Positions 15,360-29,990 of a DNA stretch of 64,000 bases are shown one piece after another. This stretch comes from the human T2T-CHM13v2.0 reference genome, Homo sapiens: assembly GCF_009914755.1 (NCBI RefSeq), contig NC_060947.1; one strand, given 5' to 3'. A program made the translations under genes and the position numbers. Under the pieces are notes generated by a model. That model ran no database searches. It worked only from the letters and a program-made list of their open reading frames with translations, and was not told where the DNA came from. Within the stretch, counting starts at the first letter, position 1. Each line of letters opens with the position of its first letter.

Positions 15360-15565
15360 GATAGTGGAACAGATTAGTTAAGAGGTTGTGCTCTGCCAAT
15401 TAGTATTTTTTAAATCTTAGGCCAGTTATTTTACTTCTCTAAGTCTCAGTTTTCTCCTATGTAAGGTAGGCATAATAATAAACTTGCCTCCTAAGGTTGC
15501 TGGGATTCAATGAGATAATGCAGATAAAGCGTTTAGCACAGTGTCTGACATATAGGAAGCTACTA
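15360..15565 (+). mobile_element. MIR
   Basis: ctctaagtctcagttttctcc...aatgagataatgcagataaagcgtttagcacagtgtctgacatatagg. Confidence 0.75.
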
Positions 15566-16169
15566 TTATGTTTTAATCACAGTTAAATATATTTTAGAAA
15601 ATGAAAGTTGAATCCTGTGTTTGTAGAACATAATTGGAAATGAACAGTCTAGAGTACTTCAAAGTCCACATTACCTGAAATTCTAATTTGATCCCTTTAG
15701 GTACGGAGGGTAGACTGAATTTTAACAGGAAAAAGATCTTTTGGTCCTCCTATGTTTGTTGTACTTTTCTCAAATAACTGCTTCTCCCTCCTGCTACCAA
15801 TCTTTTTCCGTTCACAGAGGACCTTGGAATAGTATGTTTGTACTACTTAATCACCACCCAATCCCTTCTCAACCATTTTATATTTAAGTTTTATTCTACT
15901 TTTTCTAGAATGTTGACTTTGAAAATAAATCTTTTTTTAATAGAGAAGTTCAAAAGGGATTGGCCAGTGATGATTAACCAATGTAAAATACTATTCCCAA
16001 AGCCATTTTCAGATGTAGCCTTCTTGGTACCTCTGCAGGACTGTATTTGACACTGTTGACTGCCTCTTTAAAACTATCCCAAGTAGTGTCTTCCTTCCTT
16101 GCCTCTCTTTTGTTTCATTACTATTTTATTAATTCATGCATCTGACACTTCTCACTTGCATCCCAGACT

Positions 16170-16890
16170 CCTAGCACTCCTCCTCCAGTAAATAGATGCC
16201 ACATCCTGTTGATTCTGGCACTTTAAACATTCTCACATATGTCTCCTTCTTCCTTGCTTTCAATACCCTGCTTTCAGTTCCTGTGTCTTCTCATGGGAAA
16301 AAATACTTAGCCTCTTGATTGGTCTCCTTGCCTCCAGTAGTTTTTTTCCTAGTATGCAGTTCTTCCTCCATGCCATCAGAACACAGCTCTGATCACATAT
16401 ATGCTATTACTTATAAATTTTGGACTACATTTATCAGCATGGCATATAAAACTCCTAGTAATCTGATCCCAAACTACATTCAAAGCTTTATATGTCTCTT
16501 CTTTCATGTTGGTCCCTAAACATTCTCTATTCTTTTCCACTAACATTCCTTTGCTTCTGCTATTGCCAACAGACCTGTTTTTCTTAGCTCTGCTAGTCAA
16601 AAATTTACACATCCTTCAAAATGCAACACAAATGCCTCCTCATCTTTGAAGCCTTTCTTAATTCTTTCTTTTCCTCTTCCCAGCACAGCCCACACCCAAA
16701 ACAAAGTATAGTAATCTCTTTTTGTTCCAATAGCACTTCCTCTCTTATAGTACGTTCTGCATTTTGCTGGTAATTATTTGTTTACATATTTTACCTTCTA
16801 CTGGATTATAATCATTTTAATGTTTTGTTAATCTTTGTAATCTCTATAGAAACCTTTGTACTATACATGCTCTAGAAATGCTTGCTGAAT
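16170..16890 (+). mobile_element. L2 fragment
   Basis: Degenerate L2 3' region (aaatgcctcctcatctttgaagcctttct...aaatgcttgctgaat). Confidence 0.55.
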
Positions 16891-17382
16891 TGCCTTAAAC
16901 ACTCAAGAACTCTAATGCCAGAAGGGTCACAAGATTCACTAGAAAAGTATCTAGTGGATCGGAATTCAATTCATCGAGCATTTATCAAAGGTCTGCTGTC
17001 TGATAGATACTGTGCTTCTTGCCTGAGTATACAAAATAATTAAGGTAAAGTCCCTGCCCTCTTAAGCAATGTAGAGCCTGGTAGAAGGAAGAAGAGCATA
17101 CAGGAATAGAGTGTACACATACTTCAAGATTGCTGGCTAACTTCTATGGTGATTAGCCTGGTTTTATGGATTTTTAATGGCAAAATGCCCTAGGTAACAA
17201 GAAAATAATGACAAATGACTTTTCATATTGAGTTTTCCCTGTGCTGGGGTGTTTTATTTTTTTGATCTTTTAAAAACTACACCAGCATTATATTTATGTC
17301 TCCAATTAAAATGCTTCCATTGAACATGTTGGTGAATGTGAAATTTCATAAAGTAAAAATCTTTTTTAAAAAAAGGAAAATA

Positions 17383-17717
17383 GAGTCAGCCCCCTATATC
17401 TATGTCCACATCTATGGATTCAACCAACTGAGGAGGAACAATATTTGGGGGAAAAGAAGCATCTGCACTGAATATGTACAGACCTCATTTTCTTGTCATT
17501 ATCCCCTAAATGATACAGTATAACAACTATTTACATAGCATTTACATCATATTAGGTATTATAAATAATCTAGAGATTATTTAAAATATACAGGAAGATG
17601 TGCACTGGTTATATGCACACATTGAACCATTTTATATAAGGAAATTGAGCATCTGTGGATTTTGGTATCATTGGGAGGTCCTGAAACCAATCCCCCATGG
17701 ATACTGAGGGATGACTA
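17383..17717 (-). mobile_element. MER2 (TcMar-Tigger MITE), full length
   Basis: About 335 bp, TA at both flanks, degenerate TIRs, internal ttgagcatctgtggattttggtatc...aaccaatcccccatggatactgagggatgact. Confidence 0.88.
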
Positions 17718-18141
17718 TATAGCTTGATCAGTGAATTGTTTTCTAAGCACATAAATAACTTTTCCCCCCTCAGTCCCTGGAAGATATGTGTTTTCAATAC
17801 AGAATGCCACATTTTAACTCTGTTCACACTCAAATGGACAGAAAAGAGGAGAGTACTAAAGACATTTTCTAAGTAATTTTCTGATTATAAAATTAACTGT
17901 TATAGAAAACTTGAAAAATACAGAAAAGTGTAAAACTAAAATACCCATAATTCTACAACACAGATGACACCATTAATATTCCTTCTTACCTTGATTTCTG
18001 TACATAGGCATAACTTTGTATTCTACTTTTGTAATAGTTAATTTTTTATAAATATTAATGTAGTAATAAAATACAGAAAAAAATGAAAAAAGATATACAA
18101 ATCTGTTTTAGCATTGGGGGGATTAGTCATTTTATTCTTTT

Positions 18142-18442
<301 letters not shown>

Positions 18443-21400
18443 TATCATTTTATTCTTTTGCTCTGTATATAGATATATTATTTAAAGAATTATATACTAT
18501 ATATACTAGTTTTGTATACTGCTTTCTATTGTAAGAATTTCTCCATGTATCTAGAAATAGAAGATGGTCCTCTTGTAGTTGAAGGTTGTGGTCATTGACT
18601 GAGAGTTGGGGATTGAGCCTCTCTTTCTTTAGCTACCAGAAAGGAAGTGAAAAAATGGAGATGGGGAGGGTTGTGAATTGGGGCATTTAAATAAAAAATA
18701 TGCTTCACCGAGGTTTACATTGAAATATACTTACTAGCCTTAAACATGGTCTGATCTAACCCATATGCATTGCCTATTGTGGCCTTGGTATTTCTTAGGG
18801 TTTGATCACCACTTGTGCTTCAGTTCATTTTCTCCCCCAATATTCCCATAGGTAATGCCTTTTTATTTTTCTTTTTTTATGTCTTCTTCACAATTGAGGT
18901 TTGCACCTGGTTTCCCTGTTGCTTTTAAGTAGCTTTTCTATTATAATGATGGCTACTGAACTATAAACTATTGTTGGTGTTTACCCCAAAGTTTATTTGA
19001 TAAGGCACCATAGGTATTTCCTGGGAATAAATAATTTTTGTATATGTAAGTTCTATCGAAGTATAATATACATCCCAAAAAGGTACATAAATCATTGATT
19101 TAGCTCAGCGAAATTTCACAATTGAGCACACCTGTGTGACCAGCGCCCTGCTCAAGGAATAAAATAGTACCAAACTCCAGAAGAGCACCTCACGCTCCAA
19201 TATGAAGAATTTTTGATGTAGCACAATTATCAATTTTGTTTCCTGAGGGAATGCCCTCTTGCAGCATGTGGTAGGAGCCCAGTCACCCACAGAAATATTC
19301 TCCTCTTCACTGCACTGGGGTTATTTTATGGTGGTGATCCTCAGCTACATACCGTAGGGAGTTATTACCAAGCACAGAGTATATGCACCTTTCCAAGCCA
19401 GTTCAGAATTGCCACACTTTGCTGTACACCACCACCTTGGAGCCCTATGGGCAAAGTGGAACACAAGGGCTCTTTGTTGTGTTATTTCCTGTTCTGTCCT
19501 TTTCTTTTTCAGCTGTGTGTATGTCCTTCCATGCACCATAGCACGTAGTTACTGCTTGAATTTACCGATAGTCTTAGTGCAATATTGATTTATTTATTAA
19601 GGAAAGTTTGGTGATTCATGCTGACCTCTGGGAAACTGGACTTGATGAAGGTTGTTAGCTCCAGAATCTGCTCATGAATTACTTGCTTTTAATACTTGAA
19701 TGACCAAGTTGGTACAAATCAGTAATTCTGAGTTAACCCTATTCATTTTGACCTTTTTTGAAAGAAGATAGTCCTTGAGCTCAATAGTTGATATATGTTT
19801 CTCTTTAAATGTTAACTTGTCATTTCAGACAAAATGTTGAAATAGCTTAGTTAAATACTGCCTGCAACTAAAAGCATCTTAGCTTTTAAAAAGAAAATGC
19901 ACCATAATGTTAATATTGTTGGTGAAATTATAGGAGAAAGTATTTGTTCTCTTCATTATTATTTTTCTATATTTTCTGACTTTCTTATAATGAATGTTTT
20001 ACTTTTATAATCAGAAAAATTCGTAGTTTTAAAGAACCCAAAATACTCCAAAATTATTGATAGATCCTAAAGAAAGCATTACTAATGTGACTATAGTGAC
20101 AACAGGAACAAAGCATATCTGCTCATAGAAATGATTTACAAACTATTATGAGAATTTAAGAATTGCTTTGGCCTTTTGAATATAGCTATCTAATCCATAT
20201 GATAGTTGGTGTTACCTTTTATTGTTAACACTGGTTTCTTCATGTGCCTTGACGACTAAAAGAATTTTCAGGACTGACTTTTCCTATTTTAATATGGAAT
20301 CTTTCTCTTCTCTTTACCCATTGTATCACTAGCTTTTTTTACCCTCCCCCCAACACACACACACATAAAAAAATGCACATTCCATGCCTTTCTTTGTATT
20401 TTTGTTTTTTTTTCCCGTAAGAGGCCTGCTTACCCTCATTAGCCCCCTTCAGTATCCATTCTACTCAATACTGTTAAGATTAGTGCTAATAGCTCAATAT
20501 GAAGAATTCAATATATTGGTAATTTTCATCCATGAGACACTGACTTCATCTAATGGTGATAGATTTTGTCATTCTAGAAAATAGGAGGAAATTGTATTAG
20601 ATTAAGGGCAGAAGGGAATCGTGATATTCTTATTTTACACTTTATTAATGATAGAACACACAAGCTCATTTAAATTGAGTTACTTGTTTTTAAAATGAGC
20701 ATTTCCCTTGGGATTTTATTCAGCTATATAAAATTCCACTAGTTGGTGGTTTATACAAGAAACTGTCAAGTTCCAAGGTTGCTTTGGTACCACTTATTTT
20801 CCTCTTAGAATGTATTTTGTGTCATACTTTTCTACCCTCCTCTGTCTTTCATAACATGATTAATTTTACCTTAGGTAATCTTACACATACATACACACCC
20901 CTCTTAGAGCTTCTTTTTCCTTTTCAAAAATTTTGTGCTTCCTTCTATGTGATTCCACTTCTTTTGATGTAGTAGTAAACATTATAGCAAACCAGTACTC
21001 TCAAAATCTAATGACCTTGAAGGTGTCCATAACTTACTCCCATAAATTCTATAAAAACCACCCATTAACCATGTAATCCTCCTGATTAAATACACATTTC
21101 CTTCATGTACCAGTATTCATGATAAATTTGATGTGCCTTTGTTTTACTTTAGATATTGCAGTGATACTGCTTTCTGAAAAGTTTTATTACAAATATGGGT
21201 TAAATAATAATTTATATTTGCTTTGCAGTTTTTTGTCCTCAAAGCACTTTCATATGTAATAATCTTTGAGCTCATTTGAGAACCCAGTGTTTAGCAACAT
21301 TACTGTGGGAAAATATGTTGTCTCTACTTCCAAAGAACTGGTTTACAAATGAACTTTTAAAACATAACCTACTAGTGTTTCTATTGTGGCTGTTCATTAT

Positions 21401-21660
21401 GATAGCCCCATCGAGTATGGATTATTATATTATTCCCAACCATGCTGGTTTAGGGAGTTTTAATTCAGTTTCTGTGTCATGTTGACCAAAGTTCTGTCTC
21501 ACCTTTTCCATGTACTTCACCTTAAAGACTACATTTTGTTTTCTTAATCTTTGAGGATCTCAGATGTTGGCTTATCTTAAGAGCATTTGTAATGTCCCTA
21601 AAAGTCTTAAGAATGTATCTTAACTTGATTTGTGGCTTAGTTAGTCATCAGTAGATTTTC

Positions 21661-21761
21661 TTTTTTTATTATTATTATTATAATACTTTAAGTTTTAGGG
21701 TACATGTGCACAATATGCAGGTTAGTTACATATGTATACATGTGCCATGCTGGTGTGCTGC
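21661..21761 (-). mobile_element. Extremely 5'-truncated young L1PA (about 100 bp)
   Basis: Reverse complement of the L1 terminus (ctttaagttttagggtacatgtgcac...ggttagttacatatg) with poly-T; TSD TAGATTTTC at 21652-21660 and 21762-21770. Confidence 0.92.
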
Positions 21762-21775
21762 TAGATTTTCAAGTA

Positions 21776-22110
21776 CAGTTGTCCATTGGTGTCTGTGGAG
21801 GATTGGTTCCATGACCTCCCGCATATACTAAAATCCACAGATGCTCAAGTCCCTGATATAAAATGGCATAGTATTTGTATATAATATATGCATCTCCTCC
21901 TATGTGCTTTAAATCATCTCTAAAATACTTATAATACCTAATACAATGTAAATGCTATGTAAATAGTTGTTAATAGCATTGTTTAGGGAATAATGACAAG
22001 AGAAGAAAGTCTGTACATGTTCAGTACAGGCACTTTTTTTCCCAAACATTTTTGATCCTTGGTTAGTTGACTCCATGGATGCAGAACTCATGGATATGGA
22101 GGGCTGACTA
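21776..22110 (+). mobile_element. MER2 (TcMar-Tigger MITE), full length
   Basis: TA|cagttgtcc...ggattggttccatgacc...gatgctcaagtccctgatataaaatggc...gggctgacta|TA. Confidence 0.9.
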
Positions 22111-22564
22111 TACATCTCTTATCTTCGAAGATTTCAACAGTCACTTGGATGAAAGCTAGAAAAAATGTGATTATACTGAGTGAGGGTTTCATTCATAGAA
22201 CCATGGGCAATCTATATTGAACACAATTCCAAAATACTTTTATAGGTGTGTTTCAATCAAATTCTTTCATCACCAGTTCATTTTGGCAAAAGGGCAGGAT
22301 ATGTAAGAAAGACTGAAACTGGATGGTGTGAAATCACCAATTACCTCCCTTGGCACAAACCATAACTGCCATTATTTTTGCTGCTCCTCTATGGCTGATG
22401 CTTTTTGGTTGAACTGGCTAGTAAGACAAAAGAATTGACTTACTTTGAGTAATGTAATTAAAGGCCAACAGATCATCATTTGATGGTAAGGAAAGCTATT
22501 TGATTGCTCTGTTTTTATTTCAACCTATTGTACCAAGGTGAATGTGTTCCATTTGAAATTGGGG

Positions 22565-22780
22565 GACAGCATATTGCAATGGAAGCAGGTGTCCTTGAGT
22601 CAGACAGCTTGATTTGAATTCCAGCTCTACCAATTAATAAATATGTGATCTTGGGCAAGTTGTTAACCTAGACCTTATTTATCTTGTTCATCAAAAGGGG
22701 GATAATAATACCTACATTTTCCATGATATTATAAATCAAGTGTTTGGCAGGTAGTGAGCATTTAGTAAATGCTAGTTCTC
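22565..22780 (+). mobile_element. MIR
   Basis: ttgaattccagctctacc...tgtgatcttgggcaagttgttaacc. Confidence 0.7.
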
Positions 22781-23087
22781 TTGAACCTTTGCTAATAATT
22801 TCATTACTACTAAACATAATACTTCTCCATTGGTTATTATAGATATTTACTACCACACTTTGAAATATGTAATTGTTTCATATGTAGAAGCAGAAAAAAC
22901 GGAACATCCATATTGCAATTTTTCTGGGCAGTTCCTGAAAAATGCAGGAAGAAATCACATAATCAAGAAACTGAAACGACTATATTATCTTCCTTCTCCC
23001 TGGTGTATTTCCATTTTAAGCAAAAGCAAAACCTTAAAATCAAGATATTAAGCTCTAACAATGGAAATGGCTATGACCCTTTTGCTG

Positions 23088-23295
23088 GCACAGTGGTTAA
23101 GAAGAGGGGACTTAGGAATCAAATGGATTTGGTATGAGTCCCAACTCTATCATGTAAAACTTTGTGACCTTAACCAAATTAATCTAAGACTCAGTTTCTT
23201 CTCCCATAGAATGGGTAATATAATTGTCTCTATGTCATAGGGTTATTGTGAGGTGTAAATTAAATAATATATGTACAGTGCTCAGTGCACATCCT
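23088..23295 (+). mobile_element. MIR
   Basis: cacagtggttaagaag...tgtgacctt...ctcagtttcttc...catagggttattgtgagg. Confidence 0.7.
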
Positions 23296-23532
23296 GGTTT
23301 ATTAAAGGATAGCTTGACCATCTCCTTACCCTCATCTATAGCCCAGCTTTGGAGATTGGCAGTGTATATCACTGCAGGGCTTCTTAGAGCCTCTAATATG
23401 CAAAAGAAACCCTGTTTGACTTTGTTCAATGCATTATTTTCTGAATTTATCTGCAGAGTCCTTTTTGTCTTTCCAAATACTTAACATCCGAAATACGATT
23501 TGGGTAGCACTGATTATCAGACACTTAACAAT

Positions 23533-23900
23533 TTCTCTCTTCTATTATCTTCTCTTCTCTTCCTTCCTTCCTTTTTTCCTTCCTTCCTTCCTTCCTTCTT
23601 TCTTTCTGACTTTTTTTTTGAGACGCAGTCTTGCTCTGTCACCCAGGCTGGAGTGCAGTGGTGCAATATGGGCTCACTTCAACCTCTACATCCCGGGTTC
23701 AAGCGATTCTCCTGCCTCAGCCTCCTGAGTAGCTGGGATTATAGGAGTGTGCTACCATGTCCAGCTAATTTTTGGATTTTAGTAGAGGCGGGGTTTCACC
23801 ATGTTGGCCAGGCTGGTCTCAAACTCCTGACCTCAAGTAATCCGCCCACCATGGCCTCCCAAAGTGGTGGGATTACAGGCATGAGCAACCATGCCCGGCC
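23533..23900 (-). mobile_element. AluS with (TTCC)n/CT-rich tail
   Basis: Alu dimer 23620-23900 preceded by a polypyrimidine microsatellite. Confidence 0.92.
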
Positions 23901-25010
23901 CTCATATTTTAACTGTGTCAAAGCTTTGTCAATGTCAGAGACTAACCAATAAAGTTAACCTCAGTATGATAGGAACAGAATATATTCAATGTGATGACAA
24001 ATATTCTTTTTTTGTACTAATATGGTAGCTTTTATATCAGGTTTATGTGGCTTTAAAGTGGTTCTACATGCTAGGTTTATTCTCTTTACTGACTTTCAGA
24101 AACAATTTATAGTGAAAAGATAAGGACATAAGTGAGACAGATTCATGTTTGGTTTTATAATTCATGTGTGGACCTTAATGTAGAAGCTAGCTTTTGTAAT
24201 ATGTCATACAGGAGGAAATTTAATATACTCAGGTACTAGAATGTTCTTTTTTATAGATTTTTTGGTACCTATATGATACCAAAAGTCATGCAGAGGCATC
24301 CCAAATTCTCCTTTTCTCTAATTTGAGTACATAATGGAATAATAACTAATTGGACTACTGGAACTCTTGCACCCTTGGATTTTGTGGCCAGGTCAAAATG
24401 AATACCTAATCTCTCAACATAATATTCTTCCTAACTTTAATGACAAATGCAATTTCCAACCCAATCCCCATATTAAAAACTATACCTGAAGAGAATGCAC
24501 ATAAGAAGAAGCACCAATTTCAATAAAAGTTTGAATGCCCCTTTATGACCAGCATTATGCTGAATGTTGTAGTAGGAGAAGGGGAGTGTGTAAGCAGCAT
24601 GCTCAAAACAATGATAGTGTTTTTTCCTTCCAGGGACCTCACATTTTTAGCCTCTGTTGTTGTTGTTGTTGTTGTTTTGTTTGTTTGTTTTGCCTAATAA
24701 TATTTTAGTCTGGCACTTAAATGTCAATTTAGGTAGGGCTTTCAGATCTACACAAAAAAATTGCATTGACTAGAGTTTGGCAACATTTAAGGTACAGAGT
24801 ACAGGTACCTTTCATGCATTGTTTTACTAGTTCCACCTGGTCTGAAAGGTTCAGGATAAAGTGGTGAAGGTCATGTCCCAGTTTCATTGTAAGTCTAGGC
24901 TATGACCTATGCCTGTACCCATATGTTTGCTCCTAAATAAACAATTGAATAAACAGTGGAATTCTCCTTTACAAGGGCTCACATTATAGGAAAATACAAC
25001 CAACAAATAA

Positions 25011-25216
<206 letters not shown>

Positions 25217-26803
25217 TAATGATCATTTGTATAAATTTTCTCTCTCTAAAACCTCAAAGTCTCCTGTTTGCTCCTTTTTTTAAACTGCCCGACAAATAAT
25301 CTAATTATTTTTAACCACTTGTGTATATCTTGTTAGTCATAGTTGTTTCACCTTTTCTTATCAAATAGTCCTATCAGATTCTGAACAGCTTTTTGTATTT
25401 CATAGTTTATGGGATTGAAAATGTTGATGGTATAGAGTTTACTGACTAGCATTCCTCTAGAAAACATAAATAAATAGCAACTGCAAATGTTAAATCTGGC
25501 TTCTAGAAACCTTACCACCCCAAAACAGAAACAATGACAATAGAAAACATTGGCATAAAAATTTTAATATAATTACAGAATACCCTATTTATCAATATAA
25601 TAACATATACACTATAATTTCTGCCTGGCCTTGCAATAGCATATCTTATTTTTTTCCTCAGTATCAGCAGAAATTTAAGGTTTTATAGAGACTCAACCTG
25701 TTCTGGATGCTTCAATGCTTCTCTTTTATGCCCTCTGAAATTCCTCATAACCATCCAAGCCATCAGCCTACTAGTGAACCAGGATGACTGTGTTTTAACT
25801 TGAGCTTTGGGCTAAAATGGCATGTGTACCAGCATCTGAATGGAAGTTTGAAACTGAGGTATACCAAAGCCCCATGTTGGAAGGGGATTATTTGTCACCA
25901 TTAATGCAGCTCTGGAAGTATGGTAATTTCAACAGAATCAGCACTGTGGCAATAAGCATTCCACTAAACCCAAGGTCTATAGGATAGAATTAGTATTTAA
26001 TTTTTTATCTGTTTTTGTGATAGGTCTTTGCTGTAGGCAGACATGTCTTGTCTAGATATGCCATCTTTATATAGAGAGAGGACGCACACCTTAGACTGTT
26101 AACCACAGTTATCTTTAAAAGATGAATTTGTTTTCAGATTAAATCAAAATTCAAATTATCACTAAATATATTATACTTAAAATTGCATTCATCAGAAATT
26201 TATTTGACATGTGTTATGTGGTAGGCACTCTGCTAGTTGCTATAGATACAGTGATGAAAGACCTAGTCCCTAACATGAAGTTCATAGTTTATGAAGGACA
26301 AATAAACCAGATAACTTTAAGGGAAGTCTGTAGTAGATAGTGTAAAAGCAGGACATCTAACGCAGTCAGGTCAGAATCTTATAAAAGGAGGTTCAATTTT
26401 ATTCCGTAGGTGAAATGGAGCTCTTTAAGGGTCTTTTGAAAAAGAATAATGTACTTTTTCCTTTTAGAAATGTTTCATTAGTAGCCATGAGGAGAATGAA
26501 TTAGAAGTCTAAGACTGGTGGCTTGGAGACCAGCTAAGGGGTTGTTAATGGTGATTTAAGTGAAAGATAATGGTGACAATGGAGATATAATATAACAGGA
26601 AAGGAATGGGACTATTTCTGATATAGCAAATTTTTAAAATTCTATGTGAAGTACATTACATACTGAGGAAAACAAAATAATTCTATTGGCAGAGTTTTTC
26701 TCTGCATGGTAAAGGATTGGCATTGATCTGGACAGAGGGAATAGACTGCTATCTTGAAACTCTTTGACCTTAATGTTTGAAAAGCTATAAACAAACTCCA
26801 ATC

Positions 26804-26987
26804 CAGTATTTCTCAATGTATTTTCCACAGACCACATGCAGCAAAATAACCCACAGAACTTGTTAAACCTGCAGATTCCCAAGCCCCACCCCAGACATAC
26901 TGAATGAAGGAATGGGGCCCAGAGAGCTCAGTGTTTTAACAAGTTTTCCAGGTGATTCTTCTGCCTATTAACGTTTGAGGATCATCG
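26804..26987. mobile_element. MER5-family hAT MITE
   Basis: cagtatttctcaa...ttgttaaacctgcagattcccaagccccaccccagacatactgaat...ggtgattct...tttgaggatcatcg. Confidence 0.78.
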
Positions 26988-27319
26988 ATCCAGCACAATG
27001 GTTCTGAAATTATGATCTGGGGACTACTAGTCTCTGAGATTCTTTCAGGGGTCCATGAGATCAAAACTATTTTTATAATAATACTTACACATTGTTTGCC
27101 TTATTCACTGTGTTAATATTTACACAGATGATATAAAAGCAATGGTGGGTAAAACTGCTGTCACCTTAACACAAATTAAGACTGTGGCACCAAACTGTAT
27201 TAATTGTATTCTCTACCTCCATGCACTTCAGGAAACAGAAAGTGCTAGTTTCACTTAAGAATGCCCTTGATGAATCAAAAAGAATAATTAATTTTATTAA
27301 ATCTCTACCCTGCACAACT

Positions 27320-27403
27320 ATGTATATAGTGTGTGTACATATTGATATACATATATGTATATGCACATATATATACATGTGTATATATACACATATATAT
27401 GTA
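27320..27403. repeat. (TA)/(CA)/(TG) compound microsatellite
   Basis: Alternating purine-pyrimidine run within Charlie1. Confidence 0.8.
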
Positions 27404-28168
27404 TTTCTGTGTCATGAAATGGGAAGTGGGCATAAAGCACTTCAACAGCATACCAAAGTATGATGGTTATCTGAAGGAAAAGCACTTGTATGACTGAGTC
27501 ATGAGATGAAATAGCCACTTCAAACAACTCTTTAACTTGAAGATCCACTGACAAACAACAGTTATTCAGACTTCAGTCCTATTTGGAAGATATTTTCTCT
27601 AAAGTTAACTGGGTGAGCCTGTCATTTCAGGAAAACAAATGACAATATTTGTTGCCAATGATAAGATTTAAGTTTTTAAGCAAAAATCAGAATTTTGAAA
27701 AACTTTTATCTACTATGTAAGCATAACTTCCCAATACTTAGACTTTTCTAATGGGATCAATGGTGATATTAACAACTGACTTTTTTGTTATTGTTTTATC
27801 TTGAAATGAGTCACCATATAACTGCATAACTCAGTGAATCTGCATAACTGAGTCTGCCTAACTGGGATCTATGTAACACAGTGAGCCAATATTTTCCAAA
27901 TGACCAATGCATGATATTGCAAAACCCCATATAAATAAAAGATCCATTCAATGTGTGAGATAGACCAATGGATTTTCATTTAACCAAGTAGAAAGAATTC
28001 ATTGATATTGTTTCAAATTCTACCTTGCACATAGTATTTAAGAAACTACCATTTGTTGAGTTTTGGTGTAGTATCAAAGGATAATATCTACAGTTATCTG
28101 AAAATGCTATTGAGACATCCATCAGTTTTCCAATTGCATATCTGAATATAGTTTCCCTTCTTGTGCTT

Positions 28169-28699
28169 ATTTGACCCAGCCATCCCATTACTGGGTATAT
28201 ACCCAAAGGATTATAAATCATGCTGCTATAAAGACACATGCACATGTATGTTTATTGCAGCACTATTCACAATAGCAAAGACTTGGAACCAACCCAAATG
28301 TCCAACAATGATAGACTGGATTAAGAAAATGTGGCACATATACACCATGGAATACTATGCAGCCATAAAACATGATGAGTTCATGTCCTTTGTAGGGACA
28401 TGGATGAAGCTGGAAACCATCATTCTCAGCAAACTATCACAAGGACAAAAAACCAAACATCGCATGTTCTCACTCATAGGTGGGAATTGAACAATGAGAA
28501 CACTTGGACACAGGAAGGGGGACATCACACACTGGGGCCTGTTGGGTGGGGGAAGGGGGGAGGGATAGCATTAGGAGATATACCTAATGTAAATGACGAG
28601 TTAGTGGGTGCAGCACACCAACATGGCACATGTATACATATGTAACAAACCTGCACGTTGTGCACATGTACCCTAGAACTTAAAGTATAATAAAAAAAA
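28169..28699 (+). mobile_element. 5'-truncated L1PA (PA4-PA5-like)
   Basis: ORF2 C-terminus [12 protein letters not shown]...MFSLIGGN, 3'UTR and A tail; TSD core CCTTCTTGTGCTT at 28156-28168 and 28705-28717. Confidence 0.93.
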
Positions 28700-28893
28700 G
28701 ATTTCCTTCTTGTGCTTTAACCAAAACAACATATCACTATAGATCTCATGCAGAAACAGCTATGAAGATTCAGCCATCTTTTATTACATCTGATATTACA
28801 GGTTGGCACAAATGAAAAACAATGCCACTCTTCCTTGTTACATTTTGTTGGGAAATATAGTTATTTTTAATACAATTAGGTTAATTACTTTAA

Positions 28894-29200
<307 letters not shown>

Positions 29201-29891
29201 GAATAAATAAATAAATATTTTTTAAATTCCTCCGTGTTAATTTCTAATGTGGTAAATATCAATAGAAATAATCTACTAAACAAAAGTTATTTGGAGTTCT
29301 CAATAACTTTAAAGAGTGTAAAGGGGTCCTGAGACCAAAAAATTGGAGAATTGCTGATCTAGCCCTTAGGTTCTATGTGATACGTTAAACATAACCACTA
29401 GTGGAAGTCAGAATAGTTCAAGCAGGATCAGGTGTTTTATATAATATTTCTAAGAATTGTTTACCTATGAGTGTGACATGTCATCCACAAATTATTCATC
29501 TGTGACCTTTTGAACAGTGTCATTTCTAATTCCCTAATGTCTTTAATATACTGTTTCCTGAGGACTCCATCTACCAGAGAATTTTTGTGCTATATCAAGT
29601 ATGTGACCCATTTCCTAATGTATTATTGCCTTCAAAAACTACAGCAAAATTATCTAGAGGTGCAGGGCAGAAAGGCAACTTGCTGTACTCTACATTAGCT
29701 ATGTGCCTTTGTTGATTTTAAAAAATGGTAATAAAGGTGATTTGGGTCACATTCCCTGCGATACACCCTCCCTCCAAAAGATGATCTGTGATAATCCAGA
29801 ATATTAAGAACCATTGCTTTAATCAACAGCTAATCTGTACTAATGCCTATTCTGCAACAGACTAGATTTTAACAAAAGGCTAGATAGGAGG

Positions 29892-29990
29892 TGTCTAAGT
29901 TCATTTGTGTGGCTATAAAGAAATACGTGAGGCCAGGTAAAGAAAGAAAAGAAATTTGGGGGCCAAATAAACCATATTCAAACCATAGCA
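29892..29990 (-). mobile_element. Internally deleted MST-type (ERVL-MaLR) solo LTR
   Basis: TG...CA ends, both LTR termini recognisable, perfect 5-bp TSD GGAGG at 29887-29891 and 29991-29995. Confidence 0.82.

Noticed and set aside
23429-23952. 99-150 aa ORFs here and similar ones at 7745, 46785, 48333 and 62120
   Set aside because: Standard Alu-derived translations.
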